Shown here in pieces: positions 46,172-57,491 of a stretch of DNA of 64,000 nt. Below the pieces are notes generated by a model. That model searched no databases. It saw only the letters and a program-made list of their open reading frames with translations, and was not told the DNA's origin. How positions within the stretch are numbered: the first letter of the stretch is position 1; each line of letters starts with the position of its first letter. Source of the stretch: Amphiscolops sp. MND2022. Taxonomy: Eukaryota. Location of the stretch: the NCBI GenBank assembly GCA_964187785.1, contig OZ076409.1:84756001-84820000 (forward strand), read 5' to 3'. A program made the position numbers and the translations under genes.

Positions 46172-47008
46172 ATGGCCCAGCGATTTCCTAACGACTTCCA
46201 AGGCGCGGCGCCCGAAGGCATAGATATAATTTGCCTGTCCAGCGACGAGGAGGAGGAAATATGTGACCTGAGTATGACTTCAGTGCTAGATCTTCAACTG
46301 TCATCGGAAGACGAAGAAATAGGCGACGAGATCATGATGATGGCCCAGAGCGTCGAGATGGAATTGTCATCACCCATCCCAGTAACTGGTCCATCCTCTA
46401 CATTGAAAACTAGAAATGAAGCTCCCCAGTATAACTTGCCAAGATACGGGACCTTTGGGACGAGCAGCGCAATAAGACCTACACTTGACCAATCTTTCTT
46501 CTCACTGGGAAGAGGAAACGGCCCAATACGGCGAGACGACCGAGTGCGCAATAATCATCCAATCAAACTGTGTAGAGAAATTATTCCAATAGCAGATACT
46601 CCCATGTCGCCCCCACCCGAAGAGAAAGGGCCAATTTACGGCTCCATTTCAGCGGACCGTCAAGGCGATATCACCCAGCAATCCTTGGACACAGTGACAA
46701 ACCATTTTCAAGGAATGGGAATTGAAACACACAATCCAATGGCGAATTACTCGGACTGCGTGATATGCGGGAAATCTACCGTGCAAATTCAGAACGAAGC
46801 AGTTACGGATTATTTGCGTAAGACGGCCACATTGGGAGAATCAGCTAATCAACTAGAAGCGCGCAAAAGAGCTTTTATTGAGGGAATGCAGGTGGGCACG
46901 TTCCTATTACTACCAGGGGGAGTGTCGCAGGCTGCCGCCTGCGATGGGAACGTCTATACAATCGACCACACAAGGCCAATTGCTCTGCCTGGGACACTCC
47001 CATTATAA
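46172..47008 (+). CDS. Sense accessory ORF (278 aa) of the retrotransposon, ending inside the 3' LTR
   Basis: Uninterrupted ATG-started ORF; acidic N-terminus with DIICLSSDEEEE; CVICGK motif; crosses the PPT/LTR boundary at 46923. Confidence 0.7.
   Translation: MAQRFPNDFQGAAPEGIDIICLSSDEEEEICDLSMTSVLDLQLSSEDEEIGDEIMMMAQSVEMELSSPIPVTGPSSTLKTRNEAPQYNLPRYGTFGTSSAIRPTLDQSFFSLGRGNGPIRRDDRVRNNHPIKLCREIIPIADTPMSPPPEEKGPIYGSISADRQGDITQQSLDTVTNHFQGMGIETHNPMANYSDCVICGKSTVQIQNEAVTDYLRKTATLGESANQLEARKRAFIEGMQVGTFLLLPGGVSQAAACDGNVYTIDHTRPIALPGTLPL
46914..46922 (+). promoter_or_regulatory. Short polypurine tract
   Basis: AGGGGGAG lies directly before the 3' LTR TG. Confidence 0.55.
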
Positions 47009-48644
47009 ACTAAAACTTTCAAACATTTAGTATTATTTTGAATATGTTGATTGATGTATTGTATTAATATTCTTCATGTAAAATACATTTGACAGCAAGT
47101 TATACTGACAGGCAAAGAGGAAACGTGTTCAAATGTTTGCCTGTCCAGTATGGCTAGCTAGGCCGTCAACGGCTAATTGGCCAATCACAGCGCAGTTTAT
47201 AACAACCATTCCTTTACTTATTATGTAACTGTGCTAATAGCTATTTAGAATGGACCAATACGGCCAATTGACTTCGCCGGCCTAATTATGCTTTGATGTT
47301 GTGGTTGAATAGTATTCAACAATTGCAAATAGGACGAAAGCGGCTATGTAACATAGCCGTCCCTATCTTTTGTATTAAATGTCTTGGTGCTGTGCAATAA
47401 AGAAGGCCCAACTCGGTCGGTCGACACGACGAATATTCAAGTGCTGTATTACTTATCACATGAAATTAACGTCTCAATTAATTAGCAATTGAAGGACGTG
47501 AATAACCCATTCCATGTAATGACCAAACGCATATAGTGTTAACATGCAGTGTTGCTTTCCTATATGTTGATGAGACTTAATTAGAAAACCCGGACGGCCA
47601 TTAGCCGTACCGGGCCTTCATGTATCTGTCCAAAGGTGATGTTGTTTTACGGTGTTTGAAAGGAACTATAAGTCCCTTACAGCTACCCGCCATATGTGTC
47701 TTACATGAATGCTTCCCACATGTAAAAGTGTTTATGTATATTACGTTACATGTAAGTGCTACACTCTATGCGTCACTCGGCCTACTAAGGCACTTTGATC
47801 TACCCGCCCCTACCTGTCCGTAGTGACGTAATGATTCTATTTTTAGCAGTGACGTGTTCTATTTATAACTTGTAAGTTATTTTTAGTAACATGACCTCCA
47901 TAAAATTGCGAATCATGCCCACTTAGGTATATATACCCAGGTCGGACTTTCGCAAGACACAATTTTGCTAAACTTGATACAGTTGAATCACAAACTTTGC
48001 ATTTATACAAGTTGCCTTGTAAAACTTTCTTACTACCCGATTACAGGAATAATTCAAATATTTCCTCCTGTAGAAATATTTTATGCCTTCCACAAGAAGA
48101 CAAAAGGCTAATGCCAGAAAGTCGAGGGAATTAGATATGTTGTCCGATTACGGCAATATGGACGTAATGTTAGGTGGCAGAAGTTCCAACTCTATAGAAA
48201 GAGAACTTGATAGCTTGATTAATGTCCCTGAGGGACAACGAGACTTTCAGTCCTTTCCGAACAGAGAAAATTCATCTCAAGAAAATGAGATTAGAGACAT
48301 CGATAGTAGAAATGAACCAGTCAGGGAAAGCAGACTGATAGAGTCTATCAATACACTATCTGGGGAAATGAACGCTAGGATGTCGCGTGAGATGGAGGCT
48401 ATGATGGACCTAATGCAATCACAGATTACCAGGGCCATCAGTTCTGCTATAAGCGAGAGAGTCATTCCGGAAATACAGAATATGGTAGAAAATTTGCCTT
48501 TGGGTCAACATGGCGTTGAGCCGGGTACGTCTTTAAATGAGAAAGGAATCAGAAGCGCATGGGAAAACACAAATATAAGATTAACAAAGAAGGACTCAAG
48601 GTCCGCTTGCGATCTGAGAGACCACATGGACGTTAGTCCTTACA
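46923..48644 (+). repeat. 3' LTR (1722 bp), containing a duplicate of the gag N-terminus (ORF 48083)
   Basis: Near-identical to 32671-34391 and followed by the ATAGA TSD. Confidence 0.95.
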
Positions 48645-49049
48645 ATAGACAACAACAACATACGATTCTTTTAACTCCTAGCGCCCCGAGAAATCTCAGA
48701 AACTACTTTTTTATCCAATGAAATACTTTTGAAAAAATTTGTTAAATTTTAATTGCGTGGTAGAAACTCATACAACCGCCTACTACTTGTGGGGATCAAT
48801 TTGTTCAACATTTCTACAAAATATGACAAGCGTGACGTTTTTTATCTGTCACGCACACAAGCTACCGGATGTAATGTATATCAGTTCACGGTCAACCAAG
48901 ATAACTATTGTTGAAATTACTCAAGAAAATCATTTTTCATTAAATCCTTGATTAGAAGGAAAGTGGTATTTAGACGCCTTTGTGTTTTAAACAGTATAAA
49001 AGCATATACAGTCATGTGATTAAAGAATGTGACCCCTATTCAGGAAAAA

Positions 49050-49285
49050 AAATGTCGAAACGACAGGAACTTTATAGATTTGATAAACAACAGCCAACAG
49101 AAACAAGAAGATATCCTTTACATCAGACTTAAATATTTGGTGATTTTCCATTCCAGCGTAAGTGATTTGAAAGCGTAATTACAGCGCAAATGTCGAAACG
49201 ACAGGAACTATATAAAACAACAGCCAACAGAAACAGGAAGATATCCTTTACATCAGACTTGAATATTTGGTGATTTTCCATTCCA
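49050..49285. repeat. ~95-bp direct repeat pair
   Basis: AAATGTCGAAACGACAGGAACT...GATATCCTTTACATCAGACTT...GATTTTCCATTCCA at ~49050 and ~49188. Confidence 0.75.
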
Positions 49286-49592
49286 TTCTTTTTGCTAAAG
49301 TGGCTCTATGAGCGAGATTATTGTGTTGATGGAAAATTTTGCACAGGAACTTTTTCGGAATGAAGTTCCTGGAAGCAATGCACGCAATTGATAGAAATCA
49401 TAGTTTTAGGCACTTTCGCCATGCCTTTTCGGCTTCCGGATGCGTTGAATACCCAATTGAGTCAATATTTTTCATCGATGTTTTCTTATATGCCTATTGC
49501 TAGGCCTCTTGAAAATCCTTTTGCATTTTAACAGCTAATCGATTATTGTTTCATGCTGAAGTATCGATACTTCCGATTTTTTCTTTTTGAAC

Positions 49593-49792
49593 NNNNNNNN
49601 NNNNNNNNNNNNNNNNNNNNNNNNNNNNNNNNNNNNNNNNNNNNNNNNNNNNNNNNNNNNNNNNNNNNNNNNNNNNNNNNNNNNNNNNNNNNNNNNNNNN
49701 NNNNNNNNNNNNNNNNNNNNNNNNNNNNNNNNNNNNNNNNNNNNNNNNNNNNNNNNNNNNNNNNNNNNNNNNNNNNNNNNNNNNNNNNNNNN
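49593..49792. other. Assembly gap (200 N)
   Basis: Run of n characters. Confidence 1.
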
Positions 49793-50529
49793 AAACCAGC
49801 AGTGCAACCAGAGAATTTCTCAGAATTGTTTTCTACCTTCCCAGAGTGCATTTGTTTCCTAATTGCATTTCATTTGTTCAATCTGTAAACCTTTCTTCAA
49901 CAATTTTCATCACCAACTGTTTCATATTTTCATCAATTCACTGAATCAATTCAATTGTTTTCCCTCCTGCAAACTGCTATTTTTAACTAAGCAAAGATGG
50001 GAAATAGGAGAAACAGACGCTCCACGAGATTAGAGACACCTTCCGCTGAGGGAGAAGTCAATAACACCCAGTTAGAAACGCCTAATACAGGTAATGAAAC
50101 TTTAACTAATTTATATGTGAATGTTCAGGGAGAATCAGGTGAAAATAACCCAAAAACCAACTAAGTGAACCCAGTCAAACTAGCAGCGACACAGATTTTG
50201 GAACAAAAAAGCCATGACAGAATTGCCAAAATGAGAGAAGAAATGATTAATAAACTTGAAACAAATAAGATCCAATAAAAGTTTGTCAACAACCACATAT
50301 CCCAGTTCAGAATGAACAGAAACCCAAAATCCACCACCATCGGGATCCAAGGCTATAGGAGTTCACGCATCCAACATTGAAAATTCTGACTCAGAAAACG
50401 AGGACTCTCCTCTTAAAGCCTCAGGGTCCAAGGATCTGCGACATCCTGCAAAACCATTGTATCGTAATGAGATAGACCTAGATGAAACGATGATCTCAAA
50501 TGATGACTCTGGGGAGGAGGGTTGTCACA
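49793..50529 (+). mobile_element. Decayed LTR fragment with gag-like N-terminus
   Basis: ATG GGA AAT AGG AGA AAC AGA CGC (MGNRRNRRS..LETPS) at ~49997 begins an interrupted frame that stops at ...TTGTCACA; same layout as the LTR-embedded gag. Left end probably in or before the gap. Confidence 0.45.
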
Positions 50530-51457
50530 TTAAACTACAACTAAAAACGGAAAGAAACAATACTTTAGGCTACAGTCTGACAAACTCGTAACAAAGTTTT
50601 TTAACAATCACGTCTTGGACCAGTCTGCTTTTCACTTTCTACTTACAAAACAGCCGAACTATTTCGTAGATAATTTTCAGAACATAAAATCCGACATACG
50701 GAAGACTTTAGGAATGATTTGTCTTAGCTAAAATTTCCGGTCTAATGTTTTCACACGCTATCATTTTTCTACTTCCGGTTTCGTCTTCTGAAACCTCCAT
50801 AGCAATCTAAATACCAAATGAGAACAATATCAGAAATGGGATCATTTCTTTCTTCTCCACACTAAAAAGAAACGTTTGAATAACATTTAACTCCGCGATC
50901 CCAACGGAGTTCATACAATCTAAAATGAAAAGAACTTACAAACAATATAGTGGAATTGTTTTCCAGTACTGAAGTAGTTGTCAAAACTCACCTAAATTAC
51001 AGTCAAGTAATTTAAGCAAATATTCACAACGTTATGACAGCGTCACTCAACTGAGCTAGTAACTGGTGTTTCTATTTTTACGGACCAAAAGCGTCGTCGT
51101 CTAGTTGAGTTATTCGAGCTCATTCCAATTGGACACAAGCTTGATTTAATACGAATGTCAACATAGCAACGCCGACCAGCTAAGAGAAAGAAAATGAACG
51201 CCTACCCGCTCCGCTGTATCTCCGTCGGCTACCGCTCAGCTATGCCTAATCTTAATATATACTGAGCGACTACGGAGCGGATTGTAAGGTTGTAAGAATG
51301 CGTTAAATTTTAATACGTACGGAGCATCTACGGAGTAAATTATGAAATTAAAACTATGAATTAACAACTCAGAGGGTTTTCGATTGAGATTCCTTCAAGT
51401 TTCGAACCTTCAAGTAAGTTTTTTTTAGGAATAGTCTCATTCCAGGGAAAACTGTAC

Positions 51458-52741
51458 TGTAAGAAAGGAATAGAAAGCCTTGTCTTTAATGATGAATGTC
51501 AAACCAGTGTATCACTTGTAACATGGAATTTACCTTGATCTTACGTTGCAAATTATTTTCTAGAGTATGATAATATAGGGCGTTTGCCACTTTATATGTT
51601 AAATGTTCTAAAAGCAACGTAAGGTTTCCGTTATTTCTGTTCTCCAAAGATTGTGTTAACTCATTGACATTACAAGATGTTCAAAATGTATCTTTTTGTT
51701 GCTGATGTGCTATTCCCTTTTTTAATTTGTGTAAAATTGATTCAATATACAAACATTAATCGGGCAATATGTGAAATTTGTTGGTTGCTGCAGTCTTGTA
51801 GTGTTCTGTGTTTTATACCATGTAGTCTTGTTAATTCTAGCATCATTTGTCCATTCCCCCCGATTCCAATCTAGACAATTTCAAAACCTGAAGGCCTTTA
51901 TTCCGTTCTATCAACGTCATCATTTTTGCTTGTCATTCTTTTGTTTGGAATTGTCGAACTTGATCACGCCGGCGTACGTTCGTCGATGAGAAATCAGCTA
52001 GACTCTTCTTTTGCCTCATTTTTGAATTGAAACAGCAAATGAAATTGGCTGAACAAAAATGATTTCAACAGCAATTACGGAATATTGACGCAGCTAGGAA
52101 ATTTGATACCTAATTTTATGATGCGGGACTGAAATAATTTGTATCATTAGGGATTTTTTGTGAACAAACCCAATTTTTAGGATACCTAGGAACTTTTAGG
52201 TGGGAAACAAATGACGCTGGAAAGGTATATATAGTTTGGAATAACATGTGAACGGGGTTAATCCCGAGAATTGTTTTGAGTTAATTGTTCCGTTGTTCAA
52301 ACGTAAATCTTCCTTTTCCTCGAAGAATTCACTCTTTACCGAAGACTCTAATTTTCAACTGAGAAAATGGAAACTAGAAGTCAGAAAAGAAAGGCAGTAG
52401 CAGAACTTGTTTCTGGAGGTTTTGAAGCCTGAATAGTAGAGAACAACCAGCCTGAGAATCAAATAGCGGGTCCCAGTAAATCCCCTAAGGTACAACCTGA
52501 AACCTAGAAGAGTTAAAAACTTCCTTAAGAAATGAGATAATGTCTGACCTAGCTAAACTATTACCTGAGGACCAGAAGGAGATAATGAAGCTTTTAGCAC
52601 CGCCTGCTAAAAAATCATCTGATCACCTAAATGCACAAGATTCTGATTCTGAAACTGAAAAAAATTGCATTGCTCGTACGTCAACACCTGTGAATAGTAA
52701 TACGGCTGCATCTAAAACTACTCCGATAAACAGTCGTAACA
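51458..52741 (+). mobile_element. Solo LTR of a second Gypsy family, with embedded gag N-terminus (METRSQKRKAVAELVSG...)
   Basis: TGTAAG...TCGTAACA flanked by GTAC/GTAC; 52367-52741 is clearly homologous to minus-strand ORF 63486-63977. Confidence 0.6.
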
Positions 52742-52915
52742 GTACCGGAATGCTTTTCAACAAGTACAGAATATTCACCGCGACTGATACCGTCCCAAGG
52801 ATCCAACGGGGAAGTGGCCTTGAAACCTCGCGAACTACCAATAGCATCACGCACACTCTTCACTGTGACCTTTGTGAAAAAAGAACCCTACTTGTAATTG
52901 GAGGGAAAAACAAAG

Positions 52916-53087
52916 CTCTGCACTTCCTTGGAAGCAGAATGCAAAGTTTCTTGGCAGGTTGAACTAAGGGTACAAGATCAAGTTCTCACCGAAACTAATA
53001 TATATTAGTTTCGGTGAGAACTTGATGTTGTATCCTTAGTTCAACCTGCCAAGAAACTTTGCATTCTGCTTCCAAGGAAGTGCAGAG
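52916..53087. repeat. 172-bp near-perfect palindrome
   Basis: CTCTGCACTTCC...CTAATAT|ATATTAG...GGAAGTGCAGAG with 2 mismatched pairs; a smaller hairpin follows at ~53122-53170. Confidence 0.95.
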
Positions 53088-53904
53088 TTGAGCAGAAAAC
53101 TGAGCATATCTGGTGATTTACAAGAGGTGTCTAAAATGGATGCTATAGAGCATCCTTTTAGACACTTCTTTTAAATCACCAGATATGCTTAGTTTTCATT
53201 AGTGATGAAAAATCACCAAAGCTAATGAGAAAACTAGAGTGTGGGGTAAAATAGCTAAAATTATGATTTTGACACCCGATTTTCTGTCTCTTGGAGCACA
53301 AAACGACAAAAATTATTAGAAAGTATGGAATCAACGTGCTTAGAAGTGCATGCGACATCAACATGAGAAACGAAATAAAACATCTAGAGCCATCATCCCT
53401 AACTCACGAGAGGATGATACTACAACTATTTACTTTCGATGTTTTCCCGTCAATTTGAAACTCCAGTTCATCCAGAGAACATCCTTAATCGGAATCATTT
53501 CATTTTTAAACATGTTTTTGAAGGCTCTCAACAACTCTAATAATGATTTCCTGAACGACGTATGGATTGTACTTGACTTTTATCACGCTGCGGCTAAGAT
53601 TCATCATAGATTTTGAAGCTTTTAGAGTTTTGATATCCATCATTCCGTTTTTCAATGCAGCTCAGATTTTTTCGAAATAACAAGTTAAAACCAGTCACCT
53701 TATGAACTGCAAACATCAGCGTCTTCTGTTTTTAGTCGGCGCTTTTCTAGTGAAAAGTGCCAGACTCTTACAGTGGCTAGTTTTTTTTCTTTTTTCTTTT
53801 TTCGACAGACTACAATCTCACTCTGATTGGTCCACTTTTCTTACAATCGAAACTACTAAAACTACTACCATAAGGCCAAGTGCGGTCAGCGGAAATTAGT
53901 GCAA

Positions 53905-54227
53905 AAAGACCCCCCTTTCATTTTTTTTTACTTTTTAAACGTAACCTACAAAACCGACGAGACTAAAGGGTCCCCACTTTCGATTTTTTTCGGCATTGTG
54001 CGACTTTCTTCGAAAATTTAAAAGAATCCTCCTTTCGAGTTTTTTGATATTTTGCAACAGAATATATGTTAATAAAGCCCAAAGGGTCCCCCCCTTTTAA
54101 ATTTTTTGGCACTATGCGACATTTCTGAAAGAAAAAAATTCAAAAATTTCAAGTTTTTTTCAAAAAAAGTCTTTTGAGCTTTTTGAGCCTTAGATATAGC
54201 GCCAACTTTAGACGTTCCCGTCTTGTT
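53905..54227. repeat. Dispersed repeat related to 32250-32441
   Basis: AAAGGGTCCCC sub-repeats and the shared TTTTGAGCCTTAGATATAGCGCC...GTTCCCGTCTTGTT end. Confidence 0.65.
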
Positions 54228-55012
54228 TGAGAAGTAGTGATTACATCAGATGAGTTTTAGACATCGAAGTGTCGACAACAAAGTCGCTTTTTTCAGGTTT
54301 TAATTGCACTACTTTTATTCGACATTACTTCGTACCTGTACAAGGATTGAACCACGTTTTCATCCCCCAAGTAGCAGCTGGAAGTGGCAAAACAGCTGTA
54401 TAGACGACAATCGTCTATCTAATTACATTCATATAGTATACTCCCATTAGTGAATTAATTTTGTTGAAGAATAAAAAGTTCTTTCTTGTTAAGGGGAAAC
54501 TCGAAGCAAGGTGTACCTGGGGGAATAAGAAACATTGTCCCAAGAATTGCCACCAGAAGCTTCCTGAACTTTTTAAGTCTCGACTACCTTTTTTAGTCTG
54601 GACTACCTGAAACTACTCCAGCAAACCATGTTCCCAAAATAAAACACCCACATCACTTCATCAACACCTCTACTAACCCAGACGGTGGCCACATGTCTAA
54701 TTACATCCGCCAAATCGAAGTCAATATTGCAAACGAACCTCTCTTAGTTGAACAACCACTTCTGGAAAGTTCAAGTGATATGGATAAATTACCGTGCAAA
54801 ACCAACACCAAACATTCATATACTGCTCAAGAATTTGCGTGATGGAGAGTTTCAATTGACTGAGCCTTGGTGAGCGAAAGTACTTCTTGAAGAAGCCCAA
54901 ATTGCAATACATTGTTTCCAAGAAGCTCCGGGAAAAATTTCCTGAATAATTTGTACAGAGGTTCTTTGACCATCTGTAAAGATCCTTGCAGATCTGCGGT
55001 TGTCCTTACCCA

Positions 55013-55721
55013 TACTGAGATCCCATCGTTGTCCCATGAGGCCCATCGATGGCCATCAATGGTTCAGCGATGGGCATCGATGAAGTTTTTCTAACGATGA
55101 TACCATCAATGGGAATCGAAACTTTCGATCTTGAAACTTCGTTCGACTTGGATATGTTCAAAATTTCAACAAACTCTTGCCATTTGGGTTTTTCAGTCTA
55201 TTTAAGCTTTGTTTGGAATTTCGAGGATGCCCAAATATTTTATTCGGGAATGAAGTTATACATAGTTATCCATATTGTTTATCTTTGTGAAAAACGAGAT
55301 TCTGTTGATTTTCCAAGGAAAAAACACCAAATTTTTGTAAAAACGTATTTTAAGTTAAATTCTTGCATATTTCAGATATTTTTTCTTCTTACAAGCAGAT
55401 TGTTTTCTCAGCAATGGAGCTCGATTCCGTCGCATTTTCATACGTATAAATGCAATTCTGCCAGGTTTTGCAATTGTTTTTCAAATAATTCAAGGGCAAG
55501 GCTCCGAAAAAAGTGAGTTTCAGGCTCGAGAAAAAAGCCTACTCAGGCTCAAAAAGAAGTGAGAGTAGGGTAAAATTAGATATATTTAATCCTAAAATGC
55601 TTCACAAGGGCCCTCATGCGCTGGGCGATAATTCAAATCCCATCGATGGCCATCGATGGGCTGCGACGGGCCCATCGATGCCCATCGATGCCCATCGATG
55701 GGATTGAATGGATTCTCAGTA
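55013..55721. mobile_element. MITE with CCCATCGATG-rich subterminal repeats
   Basis: Ends TACTGAGA... / ...TCTCAGTA; clusters of (C)CCATCGATGG at both ends. Confidence 0.65.
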
Positions 55722-55926
55722 CGGGTACGTAGCAGTGGCACGATCTCTACAGATCCTCAAGGAAAAAAGCCCCACAGATGTTCACAGCTTCTCAAGAAAA
55801 GCTCAACATGGGTAATCCTACATGATTTACTGAATGAAGAATTTGATTTTTCAAAAAGATTTTCATAAAACGTTCACTGCAAGCAGACCAATTACCATGC
55901 ATAGTTAAATGATACGGCAGTTTGTG

Positions 55927-56486
55927 CAGCCCCGTACTGACAACCCATGTATACCCACCACTGGCCATCGGTGGACCATCGGTGACCACCGGTGGAGGCA
56001 ATTTTGGATATTCATCACTATTTCCACCGGTGGTCACAATTCTTTTCAAAAAATGATTTGTGAATTATGGAAAATCATCGAAAATTATTATTTCATTGGA
56101 ATCCGAAGGTTATTTAAATTTTCAAAAATTTACTTCTGCACTCAAGAAAATCTGCAACAATTAAGACTATTTTGGCACCGCGTGTACGCGAGTCGCGATG
56201 TAGGCATTGCTGCAGAACAAATATAACTAAGGCAAAACAAACAAATTACAAAAGCTGATAGCGCAGAGGTAAATGCTGGAGTGTCAACAAAATTATTACA
56301 GGTTCGCGTTACGATTTTTGCAATATTTTGTATACAACATGAATTTTTTCCCCACTGGTAGCCACCGGTGGTCCATCCTTGGTCACGACAAAATGTGTCA
56401 TGGCCACCGCGGTGGCCACCGGCGGGGGTGCGATGGGAAGTGCGGTGGCCACCGGTGGGTTAACCTGGGTTGTCAGCACGGGGCGG
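55927..56486. mobile_element. MITE with CCACCGGTGG-rich subterminal repeats
   Basis: TIRs CAGCCCCGTACTGACAACCCA / TGGGTTGTCAGCACGGGGCGG. Confidence 0.75.
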
Positions 56487-57265
56487 TTTATTTCCATGGC
56501 GAAACTTTCAATTTATATGCTTATATGTTTAGTTCAAAACATTCAAAGACATTTGGTTTAAATGTAAACATTCAAAGACATTTGCACACAATGTAAATAT
56601 TTGCTACGTCAGCGTTCTTTTTAATTTTGTAATGAAGTTGCTTGTTTTAGATTCACGTGGCTCAGACAATGCTTCTTATCCGACACCCACACTCTCAGCT
56701 AATAAAAAGGAAAAGGATGTCAGCTTTGAAACCAACACTCATGTGGGAAGAGAGGCGGTCTTTCAAAAAATGTAGAATTTGGAAAACCATGAAAATAGAC
56801 TTAGAAAATAGTACATGCTATTTAAGGGTATTGCTCAATGATTTTCTCAATGAATAAAGCAACAGTTTAATATTCAAAAACAGTTTGACAACAGTGAAGG
56901 AAGGAACAACATTGATAAGTGACGTCAAAGCGAAGAATCTCAATTGACAATACAATCAAGGGTGTCAATTCAGACTATTAAGCTATTCAACAATGCAGCA
57001 CGGGTTGAACAGGACGAGAATGACAAGGAACCAAAAATATTTAATTATATATTGTTAAGTATTTTTGGTTCCATATCCTCCAAAACATTTGCAATTCAAG
57101 TTTTTTCGGAAGTCTGACATATTTTCGAAAAGTAGGATGATGCCTTGTCTGTGTGAGTAGTTCGGATCTTGGGAATGAGAGGCCCCACTAAACTCTTATG
57201 AAGCATAGGCCCCACACATAGCACCTTTTAAAAACCAATCCCCCATATAGTTGAGCCATATAGTT

Positions 57266-57491
57266 AAGTTACTCACAAAATTTCATGTCCTGTCTTAATT
57301 ATGCACGTCAAGTAGCACAACTTAGTCTTGCTCGTTCTAACTGTACATCTACAGTATTTCAGTCCCAAAAACAGGTGTGAATTGAGTATTGAGACTGAAA
57401 TACCGTACGTGTACAGTTAGAACGAGCAAGACTAAGTTGTGCTACTTGAGGTGCATAATTAGACCTGACATGAACATCTTGTCAGTAACTT
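57266..57491. repeat. Foldback/hairpin with ~100-bp arms
   Basis: TCAAGTAGCACAACTTAGTCTTGCTCGTTCTAACTGTACA pairs with TGTACAGTTAGAACGAGCAAGACTAAGTTGTGCTACTTGA. Confidence 0.9.

Larger units (their letters stand above)
32671..48644 (+). mobile_element. Full-length Ty3/Gypsy LTR retrotransposon (15,974 bp) with accessory genes
   Basis: TG...CA LTRs at both ends; 5-bp TSD ATAGA (32666-32670 / 48645-48649); intact gag and pol in PR-RT-RH-IN order. Confidence 0.97.

Noticed and set aside
46172..47008. env gene
   Set aside because: No evident signal peptide, furin/fusion-peptide arrangement or clear transmembrane anchor.
48083..48721. Independent gene or second element
   Set aside because: It is the LTR-duplicated gag N-terminus running into flanking DNA after 48644.
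49535..49888. ORFs spanning X residues
   Set aside because: Artefacts of the 200-N gap.
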